From positions 1 to 64,000 of the IMG/VR virus record IMGVR_UViG_3300023174_002543: a DNA stretch of 64,000 bases. One strand, 5' to 3'. Below, piece after piece: positions 48,488-56,729 of this stretch (position 1 is its first letter; every line of letters starts with the position of its first letter). Under the pieces are notes generated by a model. That model saw nothing but the letters and a program-made list of their open reading frames with translations. It did no database searches and was not told the origin of the DNA. Both the position numbers and the translations under genes were made by a program.

Positions 48488-50064
48488 ATTCCTCGTGTTT
48501 TAACCAAGTCACCAGATGAATAGCTGTTTTTACCATTTAACTTGAAGTTTTCGCTTATGTCTAGCCTAGTAACTATTGGGTGTGCAGTTAATTGAATTTG
48601 TATTTTACTCGGAACATATGTTACTTGTGAATCGCTAGAAGTTAGACTTTTAAAGTTGGGTCCTGAAGGTACTGCATTTTTATTTAAGTTAGAGCCTGAT
48701 AATCTATGCTTTGATAAAAAATCATTGAATGGATTACTTTTTTTCTGTTGTGCGTTTTGTTTTCTAACTGGAATTCCTCCAGCGGTAAATGCATCAAAAG
48801 TTTCAGTTCGTATGTAATCAACATCATTAGGTAAGTTATATTGAAACATACTTAATACTAAAGGATGATTTTTAAATTGATATGAACCAAATCCGCTTAG
48901 ATAACATAAAGGCGGAGGAGTACCACCACGTGGATTAATATCTTGTCCATAAAACATTTTAGTAACACTCTTAAAAAAGTGTATTACTGCTAACATATAT
49001 TTTGCTTCAACATTATCCTGTGCAGTAAATTCAGCAATTATTGTGATATCATCCAGGCTACTGTTTGTATAAAAATAATTTTTATAGTTAGTGTGTGTTA
49101 TTTCTACTGGAGCATAGTTTGCCCTGTATGACATGTTAATTTGTGGTAAGTAAGGAAATATAACACCATCAGTATCTTTCAATGGAAAAAGCACATCGTT
49201 ATATGATATATCCGAACTACGATATAAGTAGTCTGCTCCCGGGGCCAAACTTAATCTTACACGCCAATCATCTGGTTGTTTATTAACTCCCGAAACCTCC
49301 ACTTTAGGTACTGAGACAGCAGTTTCACTGAGATTAACATTTGCTACGGGTCTACTTCCAGTGCCAGGTGTTACTGTTTCTGTGAGTGGTTGACCATTTT
49401 CATTTTGCGGTTTTGCCATTTCTTTGGCTCTAGCAAAAGTATCCTTAGAATCCATATTGCCTGCTATGGATGCATCAGAATTTGATTTTATTGCAGATTG
49501 GTCGTTTGAGTTAGGACTAGTCGCAGTTGAAGTTCCATTAGTATCGCCGTATGCTTGTGCGGTTGCTCCAGCCGGAGTATTATCTACTTCTTTTACTTTT
49601 GCCTCTGCTGTCCTGAGGGTTGTAGCGTGATTAGCTATTTCCCGTGTTTGGTCATCATACTCTTTTATTAATTGTTTTCTTTCACTTAATAACTCTTGTT
49701 CTTTATTTGTATACTCATCAAGTTTTGATTGTGCTTTGTCTGCCTTTCTTGACGCAGCTTGGGCAGTATCGTAATGTAGATCCGCAACGGTTTGATGTTG
49801 TTCTCGTTCAAGCGAACCCGGTGGCGCATTTTTTGCTTTTTCTGCATATTGATTAGAAAGGTCTTGGTATTTGTCTCTCTGTGCGGAATAATTTTCTAAC
49901 TTGGTTCGCTCAGTGTCTTGTACCACTCTAGCATTTTTTAGGTCATATGAAGTTAAGGTTATTTTTTGGTCAGTGGCAGCCTTTGCTTCTTTGGCAACTC
50001 GTATAGACTCATAGGCAGCATCAACTTGACCCTGGGCTTGTTTCTTAATATCTTGATTATCCAT
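48481..50064 (-). CDS. Baseplate tail-tube cap/initiator-like protein (gp48/gp54-like) with N-terminal coiled coil
   Basis: C-terminal GVIFPYLP...HFFKSVTKMFYG...GTPPPLCYL...LPNDVDYI. Confidence 0.6.
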   Translation of the reverse strand: MDNQDIKKQAQGQVDAAYESIRVAKEAKAATDQKITLTSYDLKNARVVQDTERTKLENYSAQRDKYQDLSNQYAEKAKNAPPGSLEREQHQTVADLHYDTAQAASRKADKAQSKLDEYTNKEQELLSERKQLIKEYDDQTREIANHATTLRTAEAKVKEVDNTPAGATAQAYGDTNGTSTATSPNSNDQSAIKSNSDASIAGNMDSKDTFARAKEMAKPQNENGQPLTETVTPGTGSRPVANVNLSETAVSVPKVEVSGVNKQPDDWRVRLSLAPGADYLYRSSDISYNDVLFPLKDTDGVIFPYLPQINMSYRANYAPVEITHTNYKNYFYTNSSLDDITIIAEFTAQDNVEAKYMLAVIHFFKSVTKMFYGQDINPRGGTPPPLCYLSGFGSYQFKNHPLVLSMFQYNLPNDVDYIRTETFDAFTAGGIPVRKQNAQQKKSNPFNDFLSKHRLSGSNLNKNAVPSGPNFKSLTSSDSQVTYVPSKIQIQLTAHPIVTRLDISENFKLNGKNSYSSGDLVKTRGMW

Positions 50065-50085
50065 GTCTAAACCTTTACTAAATAG

Positions 50086-50093
50086 TATTTATC
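50086..50093 (-). promoter_or_regulatory. Late promoter (GATAAATA) heading the baseplate operon
   Basis: Reads ...TTTTTTGTGCGATAAATA, the same context as 41818. Confidence 0.6.
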
Positions 50094-50126
50094 GCACAAA
50101 AAATCACCATTTTTTACCATATACTG

Positions 50127-50155
50127 TTGTATTTCTACAACCGTTATGCTATACT
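50127..50155 (+). promoter_or_regulatory. Sigma70-type promoter for gp55 (TTGTAT-17-TATACT, extended TG)
   Basis: -35 at 50127..50132, 17-nt spacer, TGc followed by TATACT at 50150..50155. Confidence 0.65.
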
Positions 50156-50180
50156 CAATTCATCAAAACTACGGAGAAAT

Positions 50181-51077
50181 ATGAGTTTACCAAGCAAAAA
50201 ACCAGTCAACTATTTAAACAATAAAGACATATTAAAAGAGATTCATTCAAGCAAAAACACATATTGTGTATTCTTAAAACCAGAGGACCATAGATACGAT
50301 TTCATAGTAGACATGCCCACTGAGTCTATGGAAAAAAGTTTAGAGTTCGCATATAAGCCAGAAAATATTCAATTAGCCCGCGAAACTAGGGCCACAAGAT
50401 TGAGTTTAGAGGCAGGGGAAAAGGATTCAGTAGATCCATTAAGTATCCCAATGACAGATTTAGTATTTAGGGTAATGACTTGGGATCATATTCCGGTCGC
50501 ACCAAAACAACCCCGCAAAGTAGATAAAAAGAAAACTGCAAAAGATTTCTTTGAGTTTGACAGTGACCAAGATGAAATCTTCTCAGACTTAGAAGATCCA
50601 GCTACTATAAAAGAAATTGATGATATGGTTCATGTCAAAGTTAATTTCCCACCATTCCAACATTTTCGACTAGACAAGAACAACACATTCAAGTGTATTG
50701 GTAAGAGTCATTGGATTGGTGATTTGAAAAAAGGTGAATTCAGTAAAGACCAAGGTAATATTACTAACAAACTTGCCCGTATGTATATTATGATGTGTGA
50801 AAAGTATGCTATGAAATTCAATTGGCGCGGATATACATACAACGATGAAATGCGTAACAGTGCCATTCTACAGCTTACATATGTTGGGTTACGATTCAAC
50901 GAAGCAAAAAGTGCCAATCCTTTCGCATACTACACAGCTGCAATTACAAATAGTTTCTGTCGTGTATTAAACAGTGAAAAGCGTAACCAGAATATAAGGG
51001 ATGACATTTTAGAAATGAATGGACTAAACCCAAGTTGGAGTCGTCAGGGTACTTCAAGTACGGTTTATGAAGAATAG
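50181..51077 (+). CDS. gp55: Late-transcription sigma factor (T4 gp55-like)
   Basis: VNYLNNKDIL and NWRGYTYNDEM...NPFAYYT motifs. Start refined to ATG 50181 (SD GGAG) because the track's TTG 50127 coincides with the -35 box. Confidence 0.85.
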   Translation: MSLPSKKPVNYLNNKDILKEIHSSKNTYCVFLKPEDHRYDFIVDMPTESMEKSLEFAYKPENIQLARETRATRLSLEAGEKDSVDPLSIPMTDLVFRVMTWDHIPVAPKQPRKVDKKKTAKDFFEFDSDQDEIFSDLEDPATIKEIDDMVHVKVNFPPFQHFRLDKNNTFKCIGKSHWIGDLKKGEFSKDQGNITNKLARMYIMMCEKYAMKFNWRGYTYNDEMRNSAILQLTYVGLRFNEAKSANPFAYYTAAITNSFCRVLNSEKRNQNIRDDILEMNGLNPSWSRQGTSSTVYEE

Positions 51078-51090
51078 GTTACCAACGTTG

Positions 51091-51119
51091 TTGATTTCGT
51101 ATAGAGAAAAGTATACAAT
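51091..51119 (+). promoter_or_regulatory. Sigma70-type promoter for gp47-gp46 (TTGATT-17-TACAAT)
   Basis: 17-nt spacer; the ATG at 51126 lies 6 nt after the -10 box. Confidence 0.6.
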
Positions 51120-51125
51120 CACTTG

Positions 51126-52139
51126 ATGAGTAATTTATTTAAAAAAGCCGCAGTCTTTACTGACATTCACTTTGGTCTAAAAAGCAACAGTTTACAGCAC
51201 AATTTAGATTGTGAGGGATTCGTTGATTGGTTTATACAAAAAGCCAAATCAGAGAATTGTGAAACTTGTTTCTTTTTAGGCGACTGGCATCATCACAGAG
51301 CCAGTATCAACTTGCACACACTACAGTTTAGTTTGCAGGCAATAGAAAAATTAAGCAAGAATTTTGATCGGGTATTCTTTATACCCGGTAATCACGACCT
51401 CTACTACAGAGACAAGCGTGATGTACATAGTGCTGAGTGGGCTAAACATATTCCAAACATTACAATCGTCAATGACTTTTATAGTGAAGGTGATGTAGTT
51501 ATTACTCCGTGGCTAGTACAAGACGATTACAAGAAAGTTCAAAAACTAAGTGGCAAATATATGTTTGGTCATTTAGAGTTACCTAGATTCTATATGAATG
51601 CTATGGTAGAAATGCCCGATCACGGTGAGATTAATGAAAATCATATGGGTGGCTTTGAAAAAGTATTTTCAGGTCATTTTCATAAACGACAAGCACGTAA
51701 AAATATTTGGTATATAGGTAACAGTTTCCCGCACAACTACGCTGACGCTGGCGATGATGCACGTGGCATGATGATACTAGAATGGGGTAGCGAACCTGTT
51801 TTTCATGCATGGCCTAGACAACCAGTTTTCCGTGTACATAAACTTAGTGATGTATTAGACAATGAACAAGGTTTGCTATTGATTGATAGTTATGTTAGAA
51901 TACATTTAGACACCGAGATTAGTTATGAAGAGGCTAATTTCTTACGTGAAACATGGATACCCGAATACAAACTACGTGAAATGGCACTTATCCCCATGAA
52001 GGTAGAACAAGCCGAGCAAGCAAACATGGACGGCGTTAAGTTTGAAAGTGTAGACCAAATTGTTATTGACCAAATCAATTCAATTGAAAGTCAAGGCTTT
52101 GACAAGAAGATGTTATTGGAAATTTACAACAATCTATGA
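51126..52139 (+). CDS. gp47: Recombination endonuclease subunit (gp47/Mre11/SbcD)
   Basis: Metallophosphoesterase motifs DIH, GD, GNHD, GH and SGHFH. Confidence 0.9.
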   Translation: MSNLFKKAAVFTDIHFGLKSNSLQHNLDCEGFVDWFIQKAKSENCETCFFLGDWHHHRASINLHTLQFSLQAIEKLSKNFDRVFFIPGNHDLYYRDKRDVHSAEWAKHIPNITIVNDFYSEGDVVITPWLVQDDYKKVQKLSGKYMFGHLELPRFYMNAMVEMPDHGEINENHMGGFEKVFSGHFHKRQARKNIWYIGNSFPHNYADAGDDARGMMILEWGSEPVFHAWPRQPVFRVHKLSDVLDNEQGLLLIDSYVRIHLDTEISYEEANFLRETWIPEYKLREMALIPMKVEQAEQANMDGVKFESVDQIVIDQINSIESQGFDKKMLLEIYNNL

Positions 52140-52357
52140 AGATACCTAGAGAAGTTAGAGAACTAGAATCATTGATAAAAGTAAACAAACATTTGGGTAT
52201 TGCTTTGTCTGAGTTAACTAATACTCATTCCTATCTGGGTAGTTTAAGAGAACAAAAGACCTTGATTTCAGTTAAACTGAAATTAGAAGGTATAATAGAA
52301 CGAACATTGCAGGCTGAAAAATTAGCCAAAGATAGTTTTTTTAGAAAATTAAAATGA
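52136..52357 (+). CDS. Hypothetical protein between gp47 and gp46
   Basis: ATGA overlaps at both ends. Confidence 0.6.
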   Translation: MKIPREVRELESLIKVNKHLGIALSELTNTHSYLGSLREQKTLISVKLKLEGIIERTLQAEKLAKDSFFRKLK

Positions 52358-54423
52358 TATTATTAAAGAACATTACATTAAAAAACTTCCTTTCAATTGG
52401 GCAAGTAACACAAGCAGTTAACTTTGACAAACAAGAACTAACATTAATTTTAGGTGAGAACCTAGACTTAGGTGGCGACGGTGCTAGAAACGGTACTGGT
52501 AAGACCACATTGATTCAGGGCTTGTGCTATGCATTGTTTGGAGTACCAATCAATAACATTCGTAAAGATAACTTAGTTAATAGAACTAACGGTTCTAAGA
52601 TGTTAGTAACTTTAGAGTTTAGTGTAAATGGCATTGAATATAAGATTGACCGTGGTCGTAAACCAAACTTGTTAAAGTTCTATGTGAACGACCAACAAAA
52701 AGGTGCAGACGATGCACAGGGCGAGAACAAAGAAACACAAGTACATATTGAAAAAGTCATCAATATGAGTGTTGACATGTTCCGTCATATTGTAGCATTG
52801 AATACATATTCAGAACCATTCTTAGCACTTAAAAATAATGAACAACGTGCTATCATTGAACAGTTATTGGGTATTACGTTGCTTTCAGAAAAAGCAGATG
52901 TGGTTAAAGAACTGATTCGTAATAGCAAAGATAATATACAAGCTGAAGAATTCCGTGTTAAGGCGGTGGATGAGGCTAACAAGCGTGTTAAAGAACAAAT
53001 TGATAGTCTAAAACGCAGACAAACATTATGGACCAATAAACATACTAGTGACTTGGCATATCTAGTTGCACAATATGATGAACTAAGTAAAATTGATATT
53101 GACAAAGAGTTATTAGCACACAAAGATTTAGTAGTTTGGAATGAAAAGAAAAAGCAACAGGATGCATATAATGCATTATTGGCTAGACAAGTTGCTTGGA
53201 AACAAAAACAAGATAAAGACTTGTATGATTTAGAAGATAGTTTATTTAAACTAAACCACATTGATATTGTAACTGAGATACTTGCACATAGGGCATTAGC
53301 TGAGTACAATACAAAAACGGCTGAGTTAGCTGCACGTGATAAAGAACTAGCAAGGCTACAGAAAGATATTGATAAAGAAAACAAGTTAATTAAAAAACTT
53401 GAAGCGGAAGTTGAAACATTACGAAATCACACCTGTTATGCTTGTGGTCAAGATTTTCACGATGAACAACATACCAAAGTTCTACATGATAAAGAATATA
53501 TGTTGCTTGAGGCAAATAATCACGTAACTACATTGTTGAATCAATATAAAGAGCAAAGTGATAAAGATGTTGTCCCAGGTGATAAGCCCAAGACACATTA
53601 CAAGACAGAAGCAGAAGCAATTCGTCATGGTAGTAATGCTGAGAACATTCGCACAAAGATACTTGAAAAAGAAAAAGAAACAGATCCTTATTCTGACCAA
53701 CTTAAAGAGTTAACAGTAATTACACTGGGTCCCATGCCAATCACAATTTATGATACTGAAACTCAAGCGATTGAACACAGGTCTAAAGTTGAAAACTTAT
53801 TGAACAGCATTGCAAATAAAGACGCAGAAACTGATCCATATTCAGAGCAAATAACTGAGATGGAAAGTCAAGCACTACAAAGTGTTGATTTTGAAGCAAT
53901 AAACAAATTAACACGTGCAATGGAACATCAAAAGTTCTTACTTGACTTATTAACTAGTAAAGATAGTTTTGTTCGCAAGAAGATTATTGACCAAAACTTA
54001 AGTTATCTCAATAGTAGACTAACACACTACTTAGACAAAATCGGTTTACCCCATCAAGTTATCTTTAAGAATGATTTAGAAGTTGAAATTACAGAGTTAG
54101 GACGTGAACTTGACTTTGATAACTTGAGTCGTGGTGAACGCAATCGTTTAATCTTGGGCTTAAGTTTTGCTTTCCGTGATGTTTGGGAATCATTATACAG
54201 TCCTATCAATACATTGTTTATTGACGAATTGATTGACAGCGGGCTAGACACAATGGGTGTTGAAAACTCTATTGCTATTCTTAAGGACATGTCACGTAGG
54301 CGTCAAAAGTCTATTTGGCTTGTTTCTCACCGTGAAGAATTAGCTGGTAGAGTACCCAATGTATTAAAAGTAGTCAAAGAAGGTGGTTTTACAACATATT
54401 CTACTGCGGTAGACATAGAATAA
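52354..54423 (+). CDS. gp46: Recombination ATPase subunit (gp46/Rad50/SbcC)
   Basis: Walker A NGTGKTT, zinc hook CYAC, signature LSRGE, Walker B FIDE and VSH. Confidence 0.92.
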   Translation: MILLKNITLKNFLSIGQVTQAVNFDKQELTLILGENLDLGGDGARNGTGKTTLIQGLCYALFGVPINNIRKDNLVNRTNGSKMLVTLEFSVNGIEYKIDRGRKPNLLKFYVNDQQKGADDAQGENKETQVHIEKVINMSVDMFRHIVALNTYSEPFLALKNNEQRAIIEQLLGITLLSEKADVVKELIRNSKDNIQAEEFRVKAVDEANKRVKEQIDSLKRRQTLWTNKHTSDLAYLVAQYDELSKIDIDKELLAHKDLVVWNEKKKQQDAYNALLARQVAWKQKQDKDLYDLEDSLFKLNHIDIVTEILAHRALAEYNTKTAELAARDKELARLQKDIDKENKLIKKLEAEVETLRNHTCYACGQDFHDEQHTKVLHDKEYMLLEANNHVTTLLNQYKEQSDKDVVPGDKPKTHYKTEAEAIRHGSNAENIRTKILEKEKETDPYSDQLKELTVITLGPMPITIYDTETQAIEHRSKVENLLNSIANKDAETDPYSEQITEMESQALQSVDFEAINKLTRAMEHQKFLLDLLTSKDSFVRKKIIDQNLSYLNSRLTHYLDKIGLPHQVIFKNDLEVEITELGRELDFDNLSRGERNRLILGLSFAFRDVWESLYSPINTLFIDELIDSGLDTMGVENSIAILKDMSRRRQKSIWLVSHREELAGRVPNVLKVVKEGGFTTYSTAVDIE

Positions 54424-54455
54424 TTTGGAATAAGAAATTACAGATAAGTAAGAAT

Positions 54456-55028
54456 ATGCCAAGTCCACAAAAAGCAAAAGGTTCAGGATACGAGAGAGAA
54501 GTAGCTAAGTTTCTTAGCGAATTGTACGGTGAAAGTTTCATCCGCGCTCCTGGATCCGGTGCTTATGTGGGTGGCAAGAATCAAGCAAGAACCGAAATCT
54601 TGCACGAAGGTCAGATACGTTCATTCAAAGGAGACATTGTTCCAGGACAAAGTTTCAGTAAAATGAATGTAGAATGTAAATTCTATGCTGACTTTCCGTG
54701 GCACTTAACCCTTACAGGGGAGTGTAAACAACTTGATTCGTGGCTAGACCAACTACTTGATGTTGAAGACATAGGAGATTTTAATATCCTCTTTATGAAA
54801 TTCAATCGTAAAGGTCAATATGTCGCAGTACAACCCAAACTTACTTGGATAGCAGACAATCATGTTTTCTATGCAAGTAAAGAGTACGGTGATTGGCTCA
54901 TCATGGAAAAGGATAGCTTTTTCAAACATAATGCAGAATTAGTAAAAACATATTCAGGCACATCAACAGACACAACGTCAACCAAAAATACAGAACCCTT
55001 GATTTTAGATAAAAAATTAGCAGTCTGA
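54456..55028 (+). CDS. Holliday junction resolvase (Hjc-like PD-(D/E)XK nuclease)
   Basis: KGSGYERE...RAPGSG...GDI...VECK. Confidence 0.8.
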   Translation: MPSPQKAKGSGYEREVAKFLSELYGESFIRAPGSGAYVGGKNQARTEILHEGQIRSFKGDIVPGQSFSKMNVECKFYADFPWHLTLTGECKQLDSWLDQLLDVEDIGDFNILFMKFNRKGQYVAVQPKLTWIADNHVFYASKEYGDWLIMEKDSFFKHNAELVKTYSGTSTDTTSTKNTEPLILDKKLAV

Positions 55029-55420
55029 GTTGTCAGACCTCCTTGAGATTGTACAGATTGTGCTGTGCCGTCAGATTCTGGAGTATGCATGTATTAGCAT
55101 GTATCTATTATATATGGTAGCGAATATATAATGTTTACAATGTTAGCATGGAACACCGAGAAGGCTCTTCAGATAGGAAACCTTCAATGAGTCTATATTT
55201 TACTCCATCAATTGGAATATAGAACATGCGTTGCTGAGATGTTAAATGATTTTAAGTTTAATAGTCTCACTACAGACCCATAATTAGCTTATAGGGCAAC
55301 CGGTGTCACATAGTAACTAAAGGCGTTGACTATGTGGGGTATAGATGGCAAAGGATGACGGGCATGGCAAGTTTTTCCATTGGTAGTGCTTAGACTGCAC
55401 TACCATGGCTTCTAAGCGGC
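55023..55420 (+). ncRNA. Putative large structured non-coding RNA, family unidentified
   Basis: No credible ORF. Nested long-range helices (55061-73/55356-69, 55153-58/55301-06, 55230-35/55295-300) and at least six hairpins; G-U pairs favour the + strand. Confidence 0.6.
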
Positions 55421-55484
55421 AAATAGTATTAAAGCATATAAGATATGCCTAAAGTAATTAAGAGTAAAGGAAGAGTTGTAAGAC

Positions 55485-55545
55485 TAACCGAATCTAATTA
55501 CGAACGAAGTGAGTAATTAGTGAAGGTTAATGACCGAAGGTCATT
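55485..55545. other. Tandem GAA-loop hairpins between convergent transcription units
   Basis: CTAATTAC/GTAATTAG (55494-501/55513-20) around ACGAAGT, and AATGACC-GAA-GGTCATT (55529-45). Confidence 0.5.
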
Positions 55546-55591
55546 CGTAATGAGTTAGGACTTAATGATAAATGAATAGGTACGGATATGA

Positions 55592-55768
55592 TTAGAAGAA
55601 TGGTAAGCCCGTTTTCTTTGTAGTATCCATATTTTCTGATATAAGTTGTGCAATCATGTTTCGTTCATCAATGCTCATATTCATGATATCGGTATAGCTA
55701 ACACCGCCCCTCATATGCCATGTTAGTTTAAGTGACTGATTTTTTATATTAGCCACTTCTTTTTCCAT
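55592..55768 (-). CDS. Baseplate hub assembly protein (gp51-like); probably also the -1 frameshift extension of gp26
   Basis: Not in the ORF track. MEKEVANIKNQSLKLTWHMRGGVSYTDIMNMSIDERNMIAQLISENMDTTKKTGLPFF; the frame stays open back to the slippery site. Confidence 0.75.
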   Translation of the reverse strand: MEKEVANIKNQSLKLTWHMRGGVSYTDIMNMSIDERNMIAQLISENMDTTKKTGLPFF

Positions 55769-55815
55769 TTGCGATATTAGGCTCTTAATTTCTTCGGAAT
55801 TAGAAAGTAAAAGCC

Positions 55816-56646
55816 TTAACCGAAAAAAGTTGAAACGTTGATTACAAATCCTTGTTCATATTGATGTGAACAATGCATACATGATATTTGTAATGGTTTA
55901 GCTTCAGCCTCAGTTCTAAGTTGAATATTAGATTCTTTTATGATATTGAAAGTATTCTTATCACAGTTTCTTAAAAATTCTTCAATATGTTCTTTTTCAA
56001 GTACAGTTGCACTTGGTGTTTTGATATATTCTATCGTAGATAGTAATAATGTTATTGTCATTTCATTCAATCTTTTTATGACAGATGTAGTTTGCTTACT
56101 TTTTTCTTCCTCATCTGTTATGGCTTGTAGATTAGCCATTAATCGTTGAACTTCAAATTGCAATATATTCGAATCGTTAACTTCACTGTATTTCAATGGT
56201 TTGAATTTTACACCCAATTCTCCTACTGTCAATAATTTACTATAGTCACTAGGTTTGAAACTTGCTAATACCCCAGTAAGGTTTACATCATATTTTGCTT
56301 CTTCTTCACAACTTGGGCAAGTTGTTTCTATTTCCATCTTATCACCGTTACTTGCGGCACGGATTGCAATTAGTATCGGGTCTAAATCTATAACAGGTAT
56401 ACTCCATGGGTCAATGATATTTGGAACACAGCTTCTGATTATATCAGCTACTGCCGTTCCATTAAACAATGCATCCGGGGTTCTGCTGGTAATCTCATCA
56501 ATTGTAGTCATTGGATAAATAGGTACTTCTCCGTTATCGGGTAAGTTTATACTACCTTCTTCATATCCCAATCCTCCGCTAGGTAGCTTTAAGTATACTG
56601 CTGGTCTACGAAAATATTGTTGTAATGGGTTTACTGCTTCACTCAT
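55816..56646 (-). CDS. gp26: Baseplate hub assembly chaperone (gp26-like)
   Basis: YLKLPS, PMTTIDE, DLDPILIAIRAAS, two CxxC motifs and a C-terminal FFG. Confidence 0.75.
   Translation of the reverse strand: MSEAVNPLQQYFRRPAVYLKLPSGGLGYEEGSINLPDNGEVPIYPMTTIDEITSRTPDALFNGTAVADIIRSCVPNIIDPWSIPVIDLDPILIAIRAASNGDKMEIETTCPSCEEEAKYDVNLTGVLASFKPSDYSKLLTVGELGVKFKPLKYSEVNDSNILQFEVQRLMANLQAITDEEEKSKQTTSVIKRLNEMTITLLLSTIEYIKTPSATVLEKEHIEEFLRNCDKNTFNIIKESNIQLRTEAEAKPLQISCMHCSHQYEQGFVINVSTFFG
55822..55828 (-). other. Putative -1 programmed frameshift slippery heptamer T TTT TTC
   Basis: X XXY YYZ pattern in the correct phase just before the gp26-like stop codon; the -1 frame runs into the gp51-like ORF. 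Confidence 0.65.
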
Positions 56647-56676
56647 GTTTAATCCTTATTTTGGTTAATTTTTTGT

Positions 56677-56704
56677 ACTAAATACTATGTATTTTCTATT
56701 TATA
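56677..56704. promoter_or_regulatory. Divergent late promoters: ACTAAATA (+, 56677..56684) and TATAAATA (-, 56697..56704)
   Basis: Both lie in the intergenic gap between the divergent gp26 and tape measure genes. Confidence 0.5.
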
Positions 56705-56729
56705 GGTAAAAAAACATGGGATTTAATAA

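Noticed and set aside
50127-50180. N-terminal extension of gp55 from TTG 50127
   Set aside because: That TTG is the -35 box of a well-formed promoter; ATG 50181 has a GGAG SD.
54869-55090. 73-aa minus-strand ORF overlapping the resolvase end
   Set aside because: Antisense to a real gene and to the structured element, with no recognisable motifs.
55023-55590. CRISPR array, tRNA, group I intron or RNase P in the intergenic region
   Set aside because: No regularly spaced repeats, cloverleaf, convincing P7 core, interrupted host gene or RNase P P4 signature could be identified by eye.
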